DNA of 64,000 bases from an uncultured Gammaproteobacteria bacterium (lineage in GTDB: Bacteria > Patescibacteriota > Microgenomatia > Levybacterales > UBA12049): NCBI GenBank assembly GCA_964537895.1, contig CAZIDK010000002.1, positions 82,684-146,683 on the forward strand, given 5' to 3'. The translations under genes were made by a program, and so were the position numbers. Within the stretch, counting starts at the first letter, position 1, and each line of letters begins with the position of its first letter. Below the pieces are notes generated by a model that saw only the letters and a program-made list of their open reading frames with translations, had not been told where the DNA came from and searched no databases. This document shows positions 18,027 through 27,063 of the stretch, piece by piece.

Positions 18027-19727
18027 CTATTTGCAGGCGTTAATGAATGCCAAAAATATTGGATGGGGAGACAAAGGCCTGCTTTTGTACTCGGGGTGAC
18101 CTTGTGTACCAAAATAAAAAGGATGAATTTCTTTAGGAAGCTCAACTATTTCTGTTAGGTTTTCAACAACAGACCTGGCGCTTATTATTAAACCTTTATT
18201 TTCAAATTCTTTTGCAAATTCATTGTTAAATTCATACCTATGCCTGTGTCTTTCGCTAGTTAAAGCCTTGCTTTTATTTTTAAAACCATTATATTTGTCG
18301 TATATATCGTAGGTTTGCGTACCTTTTTTTATAATTGCGTCCCAACCGCCAAGTCTCATCGTTCCGCCATAGGCTCTTTTTTTTAAAAGCTGCTTCTGGT
18401 TTGGGATAACGTGTATTACGGTATGCTTTGTTTTCTTATTTTCTTCCGTATCTGCGTCTTTTAAATTGAGTACGTCTCTGGCAAAAGCTACGACTGCAAG
18501 CTGCATCCCGTAACAAAGCCCAAGGTATGGAATTTTACTTTTTCTAGCGTAGGAAGCAGCGGCAATCATTCCCTCCGCTCCTCTTTCCCCCCAGCCAATA
18601 GGAACAATAATTCCGCTTACATTGCCAATAACTTCTTTAATTGCCGTTGATGTATCTTTCCTATCCGCCATAGCCTTGGCGGCGGCGGACTCGACTTTTT
18701 CGGCATCAACCCACCTGGTTTTAACCTTTATACCCTGCTTCCATCCTGCATGATCTATGGCGTCAAAAAGCGCGGCATAAGAATCTCTTAGCTGATATTC
18801 CCCTGTACCGAAGTATTTTCCGACAATTGCAATTTCTACTGTTTTTTTGGCATTTTTCGTGCTTTTTACAAACGCTGTCCATTCCCTAAGATTTGGTTTC
18901 CTAACAGGGAGCCCTAATTTTTTCATAATCTTTTTATCTAGCTCCTGTTTATTGAGAACCAATGGAATCTCGTAAACCGACTGCACATCAGGACTTGAAA
19001 TTACATCATCCTTATGCACATTACAAAAGAGCGCAAGCCTGTCTCTTCTTCTTTGATCGAGATATTTTTCACCTCTTGTGATTATAAAATCGGGCTGAAT
19101 TCCCATTGAATTTAAAGTTCTTACAGAAAGCTGGGTAGGTTTTGTTTTTGGTTCTCCTAAATGTCCCGGAGTCGGAACGTAGCTTACGTGAATGTGAATA
19201 ACGTCCTCTGGCTTTTTTAAAGTCATCATGCGGGAAGCTTCATAGTAAAAAACATTTTGATATTCACCGGTGGTTCCGCCTAATTCTATAATTACAATGT
19301 CCGCTTTCTTATTTTTAGCCAAATTATCAATTCTTGAAATTATCTCGTCTGTTATATACGGAATTGCCTCAACGTCTTCGCCGTTATATTCAAATCTTCT
19401 TTCCCTGTCGATTACCATTTGATAAATACTACCCATTGTTACAAAATTTTCCTTACCCATATCTTCGTTTAGAAATTTTTCGTAGGTTCCAATGTCCATG
19501 TCTGCTTCTGTTCCGTCTTCGCATAAAAACGGATCGCCGTGTTCAATGGGATTAATTGTTCCTGCGTCTAAATTAAGATAATTTTCGAATTTTATCGGGG
19601 CAACTTTGTATCCTGCAGATTTAAGTAGAAGAGCTATTGAAGCCGCAGTTGTTCCTTTACCGATTCCGGATATTACTCCTCCGGAAACAAATATATATTT
19701 TGTGTGTTTAATATTACTACCGGGCAC
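18027..19727 (-). CDS. pyrG: CTP synthase
   Basis: N-terminal KYIFVSGGVISGIGKG and a C-terminal glutamine amidotransferase domain with the GLCYGMQ catalytic Cys. Confidence 0.9.
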   Translation of the reverse strand: MPGSNIKHTKYIFVSGGVISGIGKGTTAASIALLLKSAGYKVAPIKFENYLNLDAGTINPIEHGDPFLCEDGTEADMDIGTYEKFLNEDMGKENFVTMGSIYQMVIDRERRFEYNGEDVEAIPYITDEIISRIDNLAKNKKADIVIIELGGTTGEYQNVFYYEASRMMTLKKPEDVIHIHVSYVPTPGHLGEPKTKPTQLSVRTLNSMGIQPDFIITRGEKYLDQRRRDRLALFCNVHKDDVISSPDVQSVYEIPLVLNKQELDKKIMKKLGLPVRKPNLREWTAFVKSTKNAKKTVEIAIVGKYFGTGEYQLRDSYAALFDAIDHAGWKQGIKVKTRWVDAEKVESAAAKAMADRKDTSTAIKEVIGNVSGIIVPIGWGERGAEGMIAAASYARKSKIPYLGLCYGMQLAVVAFARDVLNLKDADTEENKKTKHTVIHVIPNQKQLLKKRAYGGTMRLGGWDAIIKKGTQTYDIYDKYNGFKNKSKALTSERHRHRYEFNNEFAKEFENKGLIISARSVVENLTEIVELPKEIHPFYFGTQGHPEYKSRPLSPHPIFLAFINACK

Positions 19728-20376
19728 GATTTACTATATCAAATAAAGGTGACTTCGTCAACCTTTCTATAATTTCTCTTGGCTCAGATATCAAATAGTC
19801 AGGGTCTGATTCCATTAACCTTTTTTTTGAATTAAAACCCCAAGTAACAGCAATAATGGGAATACCAGCTTTACGTGCGGCTTCAATATCTCGAACTTCA
19901 TCTCCGATATACATTACATTTTCTTTATTTAATTTATATTGTCTAATTAGATGAGCTAATACTTTTCCTTTTCCAAACAGATTGCTTTCTGAATGAATAA
20001 AATCAAGCTCAGCAATCCCCTCATTTTTTAAGAAAAGCTCGACATTCTTTATTGAATTAGAAGTAACGATCCCTATTTCAATACCTTGCTTTTTTAAATC
20101 TTGAAATACCTCTGCCATTCCCTCAACGATGGAAATATCTTGAATATTTTGCCTTAGCTTCGACTGAATATCTTTAACTAATCGCAGTAACTTCCAAGGA
20201 GGTAATCGATACGTTTTTAGAAGTTCTCTCATGCTGGAGTTCCTTATTTTTTCGATGTCAGAATTCTTTATCACGGGTAAACTGTAAGCTGGAGCGACTT
20301 CATTGAATAATTTAAGTATTGACTCGAGAGTATTAGCAATTGTTCCGTCAAAATCAAAAATAACTACCTTAGGCAT
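19717..20376 (-). CDS. HAD-superfamily hydrolase (phosphoglycolate phosphatase-like)
   Basis: Motif I is FDFDGTI; motif IV is GDEVRD. Confidence 0.7.
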   Translation of the reverse strand: MPKVVIFDFDGTIANTLESILKLFNEVAPAYSLPVIKNSDIEKIRNSSMRELLKTYRLPPWKLLRLVKDIQSKLRQNIQDISIVEGMAEVFQDLKKQGIEIGIVTSNSIKNVELFLKNEGIAELDFIHSESNLFGKGKVLAHLIRQYKLNKENVMYIGDEVRDIEAARKAGIPIIAVTWGFNSKKRLMESDPDYLISEPREIIERLTKSPLFDIVNRAR

Positions 20377-20404
20377 AGCATTATTATAGTCTTGCTGTCA
20401 CTTT

Positions 20405-20479
20405 TGGAGCGGCAGACCGGGTTCGAACCGGCGACCTTCTCCTTGGGAAGGAGACATTCTGCCACTGAACTACTGCCGC
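20405..20479 (-). tRNA. tRNA-Gly (anticodon CCC), CCA encoded
   Basis: Reverse complement reads GCGGCAGTAGTTCAGTGGCAGAATGTCTCCTTCCCAAGGAGAAGGTCGCCGGTTCGAACCCGGTCTGCCGCTCCA. Anticodon stem TCTCC/GGAGA, loop TTCCCAA. Confidence 0.85.
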
Positions 20480-20531
20480 AACATAAACACTTCTGTGTTT
20501 TATTATACAGCAATAACAATAAATAGACGAA

Positions 20532-21146
20532 CTATCTTGGCAGTTTTAGAACATTACCGGAATGAATTACGTCTGGATTTACTAATTTATTTGCTTTTGC
20601 AATTTCCACCCATTTATATCCGTCCCCGTATGCTCTTACCGCAATTGTCCAAAGATAATCACCTTTTTGAACGGTATACGTTGATCCTGTTATGGAACTT
20701 GTTTTTTGAGCACTAATTACGGGATCCGCAGTATTTTTAACTATTATTGGTTTTACGTTAGGAATCGTAAGTTTTGTGCCAACGTATAAAAGTCCTGGAT
20801 TTGCTAATTTGTTTGCCTTGGATACATCAACCCAGTTGTAACCCGAACCGTATATTTTTTCTGATATATTCCAGAGATCGTCTCCTTGTTTAACCAGATA
20901 CGTTTTTGGTAATGATTTATTTGCTTGCTGTTCCTGACTCGTAGAAGTTGACTGCGTTGAACTCGTTTCATTAAAGTTTTTACCCTTTAAAAACGAAAAA
21001 ACAAGAACTGCTGCAACTACAACTACAACGATTCCTAAAAACAAACTCGTATAAGACTCTCCCCATTTTACCCTTGAAAAAACACTGCTACGAGCAACGG
21101 ATCTGGAGACAGCTTGTGTTTTGTTATTTTTTTTTGTTTTTGACAT
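20532..21146 (-). CDS. LysM-domain peptidoglycan-binding protein (N-terminal TM anchor, two LysM repeats)
   Basis: Two copies of the Y.V..GD.LW.I......G.G..W..I..AN.L.NP.....G..L.IP motif. Start trimmed to MSKTKKNNK at 21146 (GGAGGA SD upstream) because the longer ORF runs into tRNA-Asp. Confidence 0.65.
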   Translation of the reverse strand: MSKTKKNNKTQAVSRSVARSSVFSRVKWGESYTSLFLGIVVVVVAAVLVFSFLKGKNFNETSSTQSTSTSQEQQANKSLPKTYLVKQGDDLWNISEKIYGSGYNWVDVSKANKLANPGLLYVGTKLTIPNVKPIIVKNTADPVISAQKTSSITGSTYTVQKGDYLWTIAVRAYGDGYKWVEIAKANKLVNPDVIHSGNVLKLPR

Positions 21147-21189
21147 TTTGTCCTCCTTCCCGGACAGAGGTAAGGAATTTGTTAAGTAT

Positions 21190-21267
21190 TGGCGGGGCGA
21201 ACGGGACTCGAACCCGCGACCTCTTCCGTGACAGGGAAGCGCTCTAACCAAACTGAGCTACCACCCC
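21190..21267 (-). tRNA. tRNA-Asp (anticodon GTC), CCA encoded
   Basis: Reverse complement reads GGGGTGGTAGCTCAGTTTGGTTAGAGCGCTTCCCTGTCACGGAAGAGGTCGCGGGTTCGAGTCCCGTTCGCCCCGCCA. Anticodon loop CTGTCAC. Confidence 0.85.
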
Positions 21268-21340
21268 AAACTTAACGAATCTACGGGTATCCTAGCAAAT
21301 TGTTGAATTATAGTCAATGCTCTGGTATGATTTTTTTGCT

Positions 21341-23194
21341 ATGAGTAACCTGGAAATAGTAAAGCTTTTTAGAAATGTTGCAGCCGCTTACTCAATAAAA
21401 GATGAAAAAAAATTCCGGTTCCAAATTATTGCATATCAAAAAGCCGCGGACACCGTTTCTAATTTAACTTCGGAAATTATTGACTTCTATAAAGATAATA
21501 AACTGAACACTCTTCCCGGTATTGGAGTAACCATAAAATCTCATCTTGAAGAACTATTTAAAACAAATAAGGTAAAGCAGTTTGAATGGGCTTTGCACGG
21601 AATTCCCGAAGCTGTTTTTCCCTTATTAGATATTCCCTCATTTGGTCCCAAAAAAGTATATAGGCTGGTCAAAGAATTTCATCTTAAAAACTCTAAAACC
21701 GTGCTTGAAGATCTTGAAAAAATTGCAAAGCAGGGGAAAATTGCCAGATTAGCTAGTTTTGGAGATAAATCTCAAAGTGACATTCTTAGAGCAATTGCCG
21801 AGTTCAGACTTGGAAAAGGAAAAACAACCAGAATGACACTCCCATATGCAATGGAGGTAGCCGATAAAGTAGTTTCTTATTTAAAGCAGTCAAAAGACGT
21901 AGTTCGCGCAGAACCTTTGGGAAGTTTAAGACGCAGAATGCCCACAGTCGGCGACATAGATATAGCCGTAGCCACAGATAACCCAAAAGGCGTAATTGAA
22001 TATTTTACCTCATATCCGTATAAAGAACGCATTATTGAAAAAGGCGATACAACCTCCTCAATCTTAGTTTCCGGAGGAAAGCAGGTGGACCTTATGACAC
22101 AGCCCCCGGAGGCTTTTGGGTCGCTTTTACAGCACTTTACAGGCAGCAAAAACCATAACATTCACTTAAGGGAATTCGCTCTCAAGAAAGGATTATCTCT
22201 ATCGGAATATGGCATCAGACGGAAAACGCCCGCCCCGCTTCGCTTGGCGAGGCCGGAGGAAAATGCCCGCCCTGAGCGAGGCCCCGCACCGTCTGGTGCA
22301 GGGCGAGGCCGAAGGGGGAAATGGAAAATGGAAAATTTTTCTACAGAAGAACAATTTTATCATGCTGTCGGCCTAGAGTGGATTCCGCCGGAAATAAGAG
22401 AGAATACGGGCGAGATTGAGTTGGCTTCTCAAAAAAAACTCCCTAAGCTCGTTGAGTTACCGGATATCAAGGGGGACCTGCATATTCACACAAGCTTTCC
22501 CATAGAACCAAGCCATGATTTGGGACAAAACACTATTTTAGAAATGCTGGAAAAAGCAAGACTTTTAAAATATGCGTATTTAGGATTTTCCGAACACAAT
22601 CCCAGTATTTCTAAACATAATTCAAATCAAACTTACTCAATTTTGGCAAGAAGAAATGAAGAAATTGAACATATTTTATTGAGTAATAAAGATGTTCGTA
22701 TATTAAAATTACTCGAAATTGATATATTACCTCACGGAAATCTTGCTATAGATGATAAATCTCTGAATCTCTTAGATGGCGCTATAGTTTCTATTCATAG
22801 CACATTCAACATGAACAAGACCGACATGACGGAAAGAGTTTTAAAGGGTTTGTCGCATAAAAAGGCTAAGATACTCGCTCACCCAACGGGCAGAATGTTA
22901 AATGAAAGACAAGGTTACGAATTGGATTGGAGCAAAATATTTGAATTTTGCAAAAAAAATAATAAGGCCTTGGAAATTAACAGCTGGCCGGGCAGATTAG
23001 ATTTACCCGATATGGTAATTAGAATGGCTGTAGAAGCCAAGGTTAAAATGGTAATAAATACAGACAGTCACGCGGTTTCCCAAATGGAGCTTATGAAGTA
23101 CGGCATTGCAATGGCAAGGAGAGGCTGGGCAACAAAAGATGACATACTCAATACTTTATCGTATAATGAATTCTCCGAGTGGTTAAGAAAATAA
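21341..23194 (+). CDS. polX: DNA polymerase X family protein with C-terminal PHP phosphoesterase domain
   Basis: N-terminal pol-beta-like HhH and palm domains, then LHIHTSFP and later His/Asp PHP motifs. An alternative start lies at 21317. Contains a GC-rich insertion that stays in frame at 22224-22318. Confidence 0.75.
   Translation: MSNLEIVKLFRNVAAAYSIKDEKKFRFQIIAYQKAADTVSNLTSEIIDFYKDNKLNTLPGIGVTIKSHLEELFKTNKVKQFEWALHGIPEAVFPLLDIPSFGPKKVYRLVKEFHLKNSKTVLEDLEKIAKQGKIARLASFGDKSQSDILRAIAEFRLGKGKTTRMTLPYAMEVADKVVSYLKQSKDVVRAEPLGSLRRRMPTVGDIDIAVATDNPKGVIEYFTSYPYKERIIEKGDTTSSILVSGGKQVDLMTQPPEAFGSLLQHFTGSKNHNIHLREFALKKGLSLSEYGIRRKTPAPLRLARPEENARPERGPAPSGAGRGRRGKWKMENFSTEEQFYHAVGLEWIPPEIRENTGEIELASQKKLPKLVELPDIKGDLHIHTSFPIEPSHDLGQNTILEMLEKARLLKYAYLGFSEHNPSISKHNSNQTYSILARRNEEIEHILLSNKDVRILKLLEIDILPHGNLAIDDKSLNLLDGAIVSIHSTFNMNKTDMTERVLKGLSHKKAKILAHPTGRMLNERQGYELDWSKIFEFCKKNNKALEINSWPGRLDLPDMVIRMAVEAKVKMVINTDSHAVSQMELMKYGIAMARRGWATKDDILNTLSYNEFSEWLRK
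22224..22318. repeat. GC-rich (about 70% GC) insertion that stays in frame inside polX
   Basis: Three gcgaggcc units and an imperfect palindrome gccctg...cagggc. Left-flank ggaaaacg and an inside-edge ggaaaatg are direct repeats; three ggaaaat heptamers lie on the right. Adds about 25 aa (PAPLRLARPEENARPERGPAPSGAGRGRRG) in the linker between the EYG and TEE motifs. Confidence 0.5.
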
Positions 23195-23209
23195 AAAAGG
23201 AGGTGAAAA

Positions 23210-23761
23210 ATGAATAACAATATTATCATTATATTAATTGCAGTAGGGGTTGTAGCATTTGTTTGGTATCTGTATAACAGCCTCATCGTTACCAAGATGA
23301 GAGTTTCGGAAGCTTTTTCTCAAATAGATGTTCAGCTTAAAAGACGCGCAAATTTAATTCCAAATTTGGTTGAAACAGTTAAGGGTTATGCAAAGCATGA
23401 AAAAGAGCTTTTTGAAAAAGTAACTAAAGAAAGAGCAAACTTAGTATCGGCAAAAAGCTTGGAACAAAAAGCTAAGGCTAATAACCAGCTAACGGAAACT
23501 TTTAAATCAATATTCGCAGTAGCAGAAGCTTATCCTGCCCTTAGGGCAAGTGAAAACTTTCAACAGCTTCAGGAAGAGTTATCTGATACGGAAAACAAAA
23601 TTGCTTACGCAAGGCAGTTTTACAACAGCAATGTTTTGGATTACAATACCAAACTAAAAGTTTTCCCAAGCGTATTATTTGCAAAACTTTTAAGTTTTAA
23701 GGAAGCAGAATTTTTTGGAGCAACCGAAGAAGAAAAAAAAGAAGTAAAAGTTAATTTTTAA
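23210..23761 (+). CDS. lemA: LemA family protein
   Basis: N-terminal TM helix followed by the conserved LemA helical domain. Strong SD. Confidence 0.75.
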   Translation: MNNNIIIILIAVGVVAFVWYLYNSLIVTKMRVSEAFSQIDVQLKRRANLIPNLVETVKGYAKHEKELFEKVTKERANLVSAKSLEQKAKANNQLTETFKSIFAVAEAYPALRASENFQQLQEELSDTENKIAYARQFYNSNVLDYNTKLKVFPSVLFAKLLSFKEAEFFGATEEEKKEVKVNF

Positions 23762-23763
23762 CT

Positions 23764-24651
23764 ATGAACATGTATTCTGCTATTTCTGCAAATAAAAACA
23801 AAACATGGATAATAATGTTGTTATTTGTGGTGGTAATAACAACTATGGTTTATGTATTTAGTCAAGCGCTCGGATACAGCGGATACAGTCTTGCCGGAAT
23901 AGCGCTGGTACTTGCCGGGTTAACAAGTGTCGGAAGCTATTACTACTCCGACAAGTTAGTGCTTGCAACCACTAACGCAAAGCAAATAAAAAAAGAAGAT
24001 TTCCCAAATTATTATAAAACCGTAGAAAACCTGTGCATTGGAGCAGGACTTCCTATGCCAAAAGTTTACATTATGGAAGAAGCTTCTCCAAATGCCTTTG
24101 CAACAGGCAGGGACCCAAAGCACGCTGTAGTCTGCGCAACTACAGGGCTTTTAAAAACACTTAACGACGCAGAACTTGAGGGTGTTATTAGCCACGAACT
24201 TTCCCATATAAAAAATTACGATATCCGTGTACTCGGAATTGTTGCAATTCTTGTCGGATTTATTGCAATTCTTTCTGATCTTTTCATAAGAGCATCTTTT
24301 TATTCCGATTCTAGGGAAAACAAAGGAAATACGATATTTTTAATTTTGGCAATTGTATTTGCTATTCTTTCGCCAATTGCCGCGATATTAATTCAAACCG
24401 CAATTTCCAGGAAGAGAGAGTACTTAGCAGATGCTTCAGGCGTACTCCTAACAAGATATCCGGAAGCATTAGCCTCGGCTTTAGAAAAGCTTGCAAAAGA
24501 TAAAACTGCACCAAAAAATGCAAGTAATGCTACTGCTCATTTATACATCGAGAATCCATTTGACAATAAAAAAGTAAAAAATTTCTTTACAGGTCTTTTT
24601 AACACCCACCCGCCGCTTGAAGACAGAATACGAATCCTCCGTTCGATGTGA
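23764..24651 (+). CDS. htpX: HtpX-like M48 zinc metalloprotease
   Basis: HELSHIKNYD (HExxH), a downstream E, four TM segments. The lemA-htpX pairing is a known conserved neighbourhood. Confidence 0.8.
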   Translation: MNMYSAISANKNKTWIIMLLFVVVITTMVYVFSQALGYSGYSLAGIALVLAGLTSVGSYYYSDKLVLATTNAKQIKKEDFPNYYKTVENLCIGAGLPMPKVYIMEEASPNAFATGRDPKHAVVCATTGLLKTLNDAELEGVISHELSHIKNYDIRVLGIVAILVGFIAILSDLFIRASFYSDSRENKGNTIFLILAIVFAILSPIAAILIQTAISRKREYLADASGVLLTRYPEALASALEKLAKDKTAPKNASNATAHLYIENPFDNKKVKNFFTGLFNTHPPLEDRIRILRSM

Positions 24652-24661
24652 TGCAAAGCAT

Positions 24662-24728
24662 CATCCTGAGCTTATCGCACATTCGACATAGCTCAGTGCG
24701 ATACTGAGTTTAGCGAATGTATCGAAGG
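24662..24728. repeat. Nested-hairpin repeat element, copy 1 (REP/MITE-like or small structured RNA)
   Basis: cctgagcttatcgcACATTCGacatagCTCAGTgcgatACTGAGtttagCGAATGTatcgaagg. A central perfect 6 bp hairpin sits inside a 7 bp outer stem. The reverse complement of 35461-35530 matches it at about 85% identity. Confidence 0.6.
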
Positions 24729-24737
24729 ATAAATAAT

Positions 24738-26018
24738 ATGATCAATGTCTTGATAATTCTAATCGGAAAGGTTCTCTCTTTTTTGAGTAAAAATTTAAAC
24801 TTGGGACATGGATCAACTTGGCCGGGACATATTGCCCTAAAGATAAATAAAAATTTTATAAAGCAAACAATTGGGTCAAAAACCAAAGTCGTTCTCGTAG
24901 CAGGAACAAATGGAAAAACTACCACTTCTGCTCTTACTTGTCACATTCTTAAACAGAATGGATTTTCGGTAGTTCAAAATAAAAGCGGTGCTAACCTACT
25001 TAACGGAGCGGCATCAGCTATTATTCAAGGAATTAGACCATTTTCATCAAAGACTGACCAAGACTATTTGATTTTGGAAGTTGATGAAAACAATCTGCCT
25101 CTTGTTATAAACCAAACAAATCCATCCTATATCATTGCATTAGACTTGTTCCGTGATCAACTCGATAGATATGGTGAGGTTTATTCAATTATTAATAAAT
25201 GGAAAAATGCTTTTGAAAAACTTAGTAACAATAGTACGTTAATTCTAAATGCCGATGATCCTCAGGTTTCTTACCTTGGTAAAAATCTGAAATCAAAGGT
25301 AATATACTTTGGACTTAATGAAAATGATCAAGAAATAATTGAACACGGAGCAGATTCTATTTTCTGTCCAAAATGTCAACATCTGCTGGATTATAAATCT
25401 ATTACTTTTTCCCATCTTGGGAATTGGTTTTGCTCAAACTGCAATGAAAAAAGACCATCTCTAAATATTTCAAAATTTGAGATTTATCCCATTCCCGGCA
25501 CTTATAATAAGTATAATACTCTAGCTGCAATTTTATTAACAACTGATCAAGGATTATCTGGCAAGCAAATAACTGAAGCATTTAAATCCTTCAAGCCTGC
25601 TTTCGGAAGACAGGAAGAGTTCGAGGTTAATGGTAAAAAAACAAAAATATTTTTATCAAAAAATCCTACTAGCTTTAATGAGTCGCTATCAACTATTTCA
25701 GACCTAAACGCTAAAAATTTATTAATCGTTCTTAACGACAGAGTTCCTGATGGATTGGATATATCATGGATATGGGATACAAACACATCTCTTTTAGGAA
25801 ATATTTCAAACATTACAGTTTCCGGTGATAGGGCCTACGACATGGCTTTGAGAATCAAGTATTCCGGGCTTAAAAATTTCCATATTTTTGAAGATCTTTC
25901 AGATGCGATAAAACAATCTTTAGAGAAAACAAAATTCGGCGAAACACTATTTATTCTTCCTACATATTCCGCAATGCTTGAAACAAGAAAAATATTAACC
26001 GGCAAAAAAATATTATGA
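24738..26018 (+). CDS. murT: MurT-like lipid II isoglutamine synthetase, ligase subunit (Mur ligase domain, Cys4 ribbon, DUF1727)
   Basis: VVLVAGTNGKTTTSAL P-loop, the Cys4 ribbon CPKCQ...CSNC, and the C-terminal DUF1727-like region. Start taken at MINVL (SD aagga 7 nt upstream); the longer ORF would overlap the repeat element. Confidence 0.6.
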   Translation: MINVLIILIGKVLSFLSKNLNLGHGSTWPGHIALKINKNFIKQTIGSKTKVVLVAGTNGKTTTSALTCHILKQNGFSVVQNKSGANLLNGAASAIIQGIRPFSSKTDQDYLILEVDENNLPLVINQTNPSYIIALDLFRDQLDRYGEVYSIINKWKNAFEKLSNNSTLILNADDPQVSYLGKNLKSKVIYFGLNENDQEIIEHGADSIFCPKCQHLLDYKSITFSHLGNWFCSNCNEKRPSLNISKFEIYPIPGTYNKYNTLAAILLTTDQGLSGKQITEAFKSFKPAFGRQEEFEVNGKKTKIFLSKNPTSFNESLSTISDLNAKNLLIVLNDRVPDGLDISWIWDTNTSLLGNISNITVSGDRAYDMALRIKYSGLKNFHIFEDLSDAIKQSLEKTKFGETLFILPTYSAMLETRKILTGKKIL

Positions 26019-26773
26019 AATACAAATTGACAATCGGTTGGCTATATCCCAAGCTCATGAACGTATATGGTGATCGTGGTAACGTAATTACACTGCAAAA
26101 AAGATGTGAATGGCGAGATATTGAAGTGGAAATAAAATATTTGGACGCTCCCCTTTTAGAAAAAGACCTCGAAAAATGTGATTTGCTTATGATGGGCGGA
26201 GCGCAGGATGAACAACAAGAGATTGTTTCAGATGATTTGAAGAAAAAAAACAAAGCACTTAACTCAGCAATCGAAAAAGGAATCCCCGGTCTTTATGTTT
26301 GCGGAGCGTATCAATTCCTTGGAAATTATTATAAAGATGCAAGTGGGACAGAAATTCCCGGCCTTGGAATTTTTGACCTTTATACTATAAATCCCGGTGA
26401 AAACTCAAAAAGATTGATTGGAAATATTGTTACGGAATCGTCAATGGTAAATGGTCAATCGTCAGTTTTAGTAGGTTTTGAAAATCACGGAGGAAGAACT
26501 TATCTTGGAAAGAACACTAAACCATTGGGAACTGTAGTTTCCGGCTTTGGCAATAACGGGAATGATAAAACAGAAGGAGCTATTTACAAAAATTCTATCG
26601 GAACATATTTCCACGGTCCCATTCTGCCAAAAAACCCAAGACTTGCTGACTTCCTTATTGAAAAAGCGCTTGAAATAAAATACAAAAAGAAAATTATCCT
26701 TGAAAAATTGGACGACTCATTTGCCGAAAACGCGAGAAAAGTGATTGCCAAAAGACTGTCCATTGCAATATAA
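26015..26773 (+). CDS. gatD: GatD-like glutamine amidotransferase partner of MurT (CobB/CobQ-type GATase)
   Basis: N-terminus LTIGWLYPKLMNVYGDRGN and the C..Y nucleophile context (LYVCGAYQ). Overlaps murT by 4 nt. Confidence 0.6.
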   Translation: MKYKLTIGWLYPKLMNVYGDRGNVITLQKRCEWRDIEVEIKYLDAPLLEKDLEKCDLLMMGGAQDEQQEIVSDDLKKKNKALNSAIEKGIPGLYVCGAYQFLGNYYKDASGTEIPGLGIFDLYTINPGENSKRLIGNIVTESSMVNGQSSVLVGFENHGGRTYLGKNTKPLGTVVSGFGNNGNDKTEGAIYKNSIGTYFHGPILPKNPRLADFLIEKALEIKYKKKIILEKLDDSFAENARKVIAKRLSIAI

Positions 26774-26778
26774 TAACC

Positions 26779-27063
26779 TTGATGAAAATTGACGTTTCTC
26801 ATATTGCAAAACTGGCTAATTTACCTTTATCCTCAACCGAAAAAACGAAATTTGAAAAACAGCTTGGGGAGACTCTAGAATACATTGAAAGCCTCAACGA
26901 GGTAAAAACAGGAAGCGCTGAGCCGACAAGCCAGGTTACCGGACTTGAAAATATCACCAGAGATGATACCGCTAAACCGTCACTTTCCCAAAACGAGGCA
27001 TTAGCAAACGCAAAATCAACACATAATGGATTTTTTAAAGTAAAGGCTATATTTGAAGAATGA
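26779..27063 (+). CDS. gatC: Asp/Glu-tRNA amidotransferase subunit C
   Basis: 94 aa with the typical GatC N-terminus, directly upstream of gatA. Confidence 0.75.
   Translation: MMKIDVSHIAKLANLPLSSTEKTKFEKQLGETLEYIESLNEVKTGSAEPTSQVTGLENITRDDTAKPSLSQNEALANAKSTHNGFFKVKAIFEE

Noticed and set aside
21147-21251. N-terminal extension of the LysM ORF (MVRALPCHGRGRGFESRSPR...)
   Set aside because: The extension is the antisense reading of tRNA-Asp. The real start is the downstream ATG at 21146, which has a GGAGGA ribosome-binding site.
22206-22330. Intein or intron in polX
   Set aside because: The inserted segment is only about 25 codons, has no intein splice motifs or endonuclease domain, and is kept in frame.
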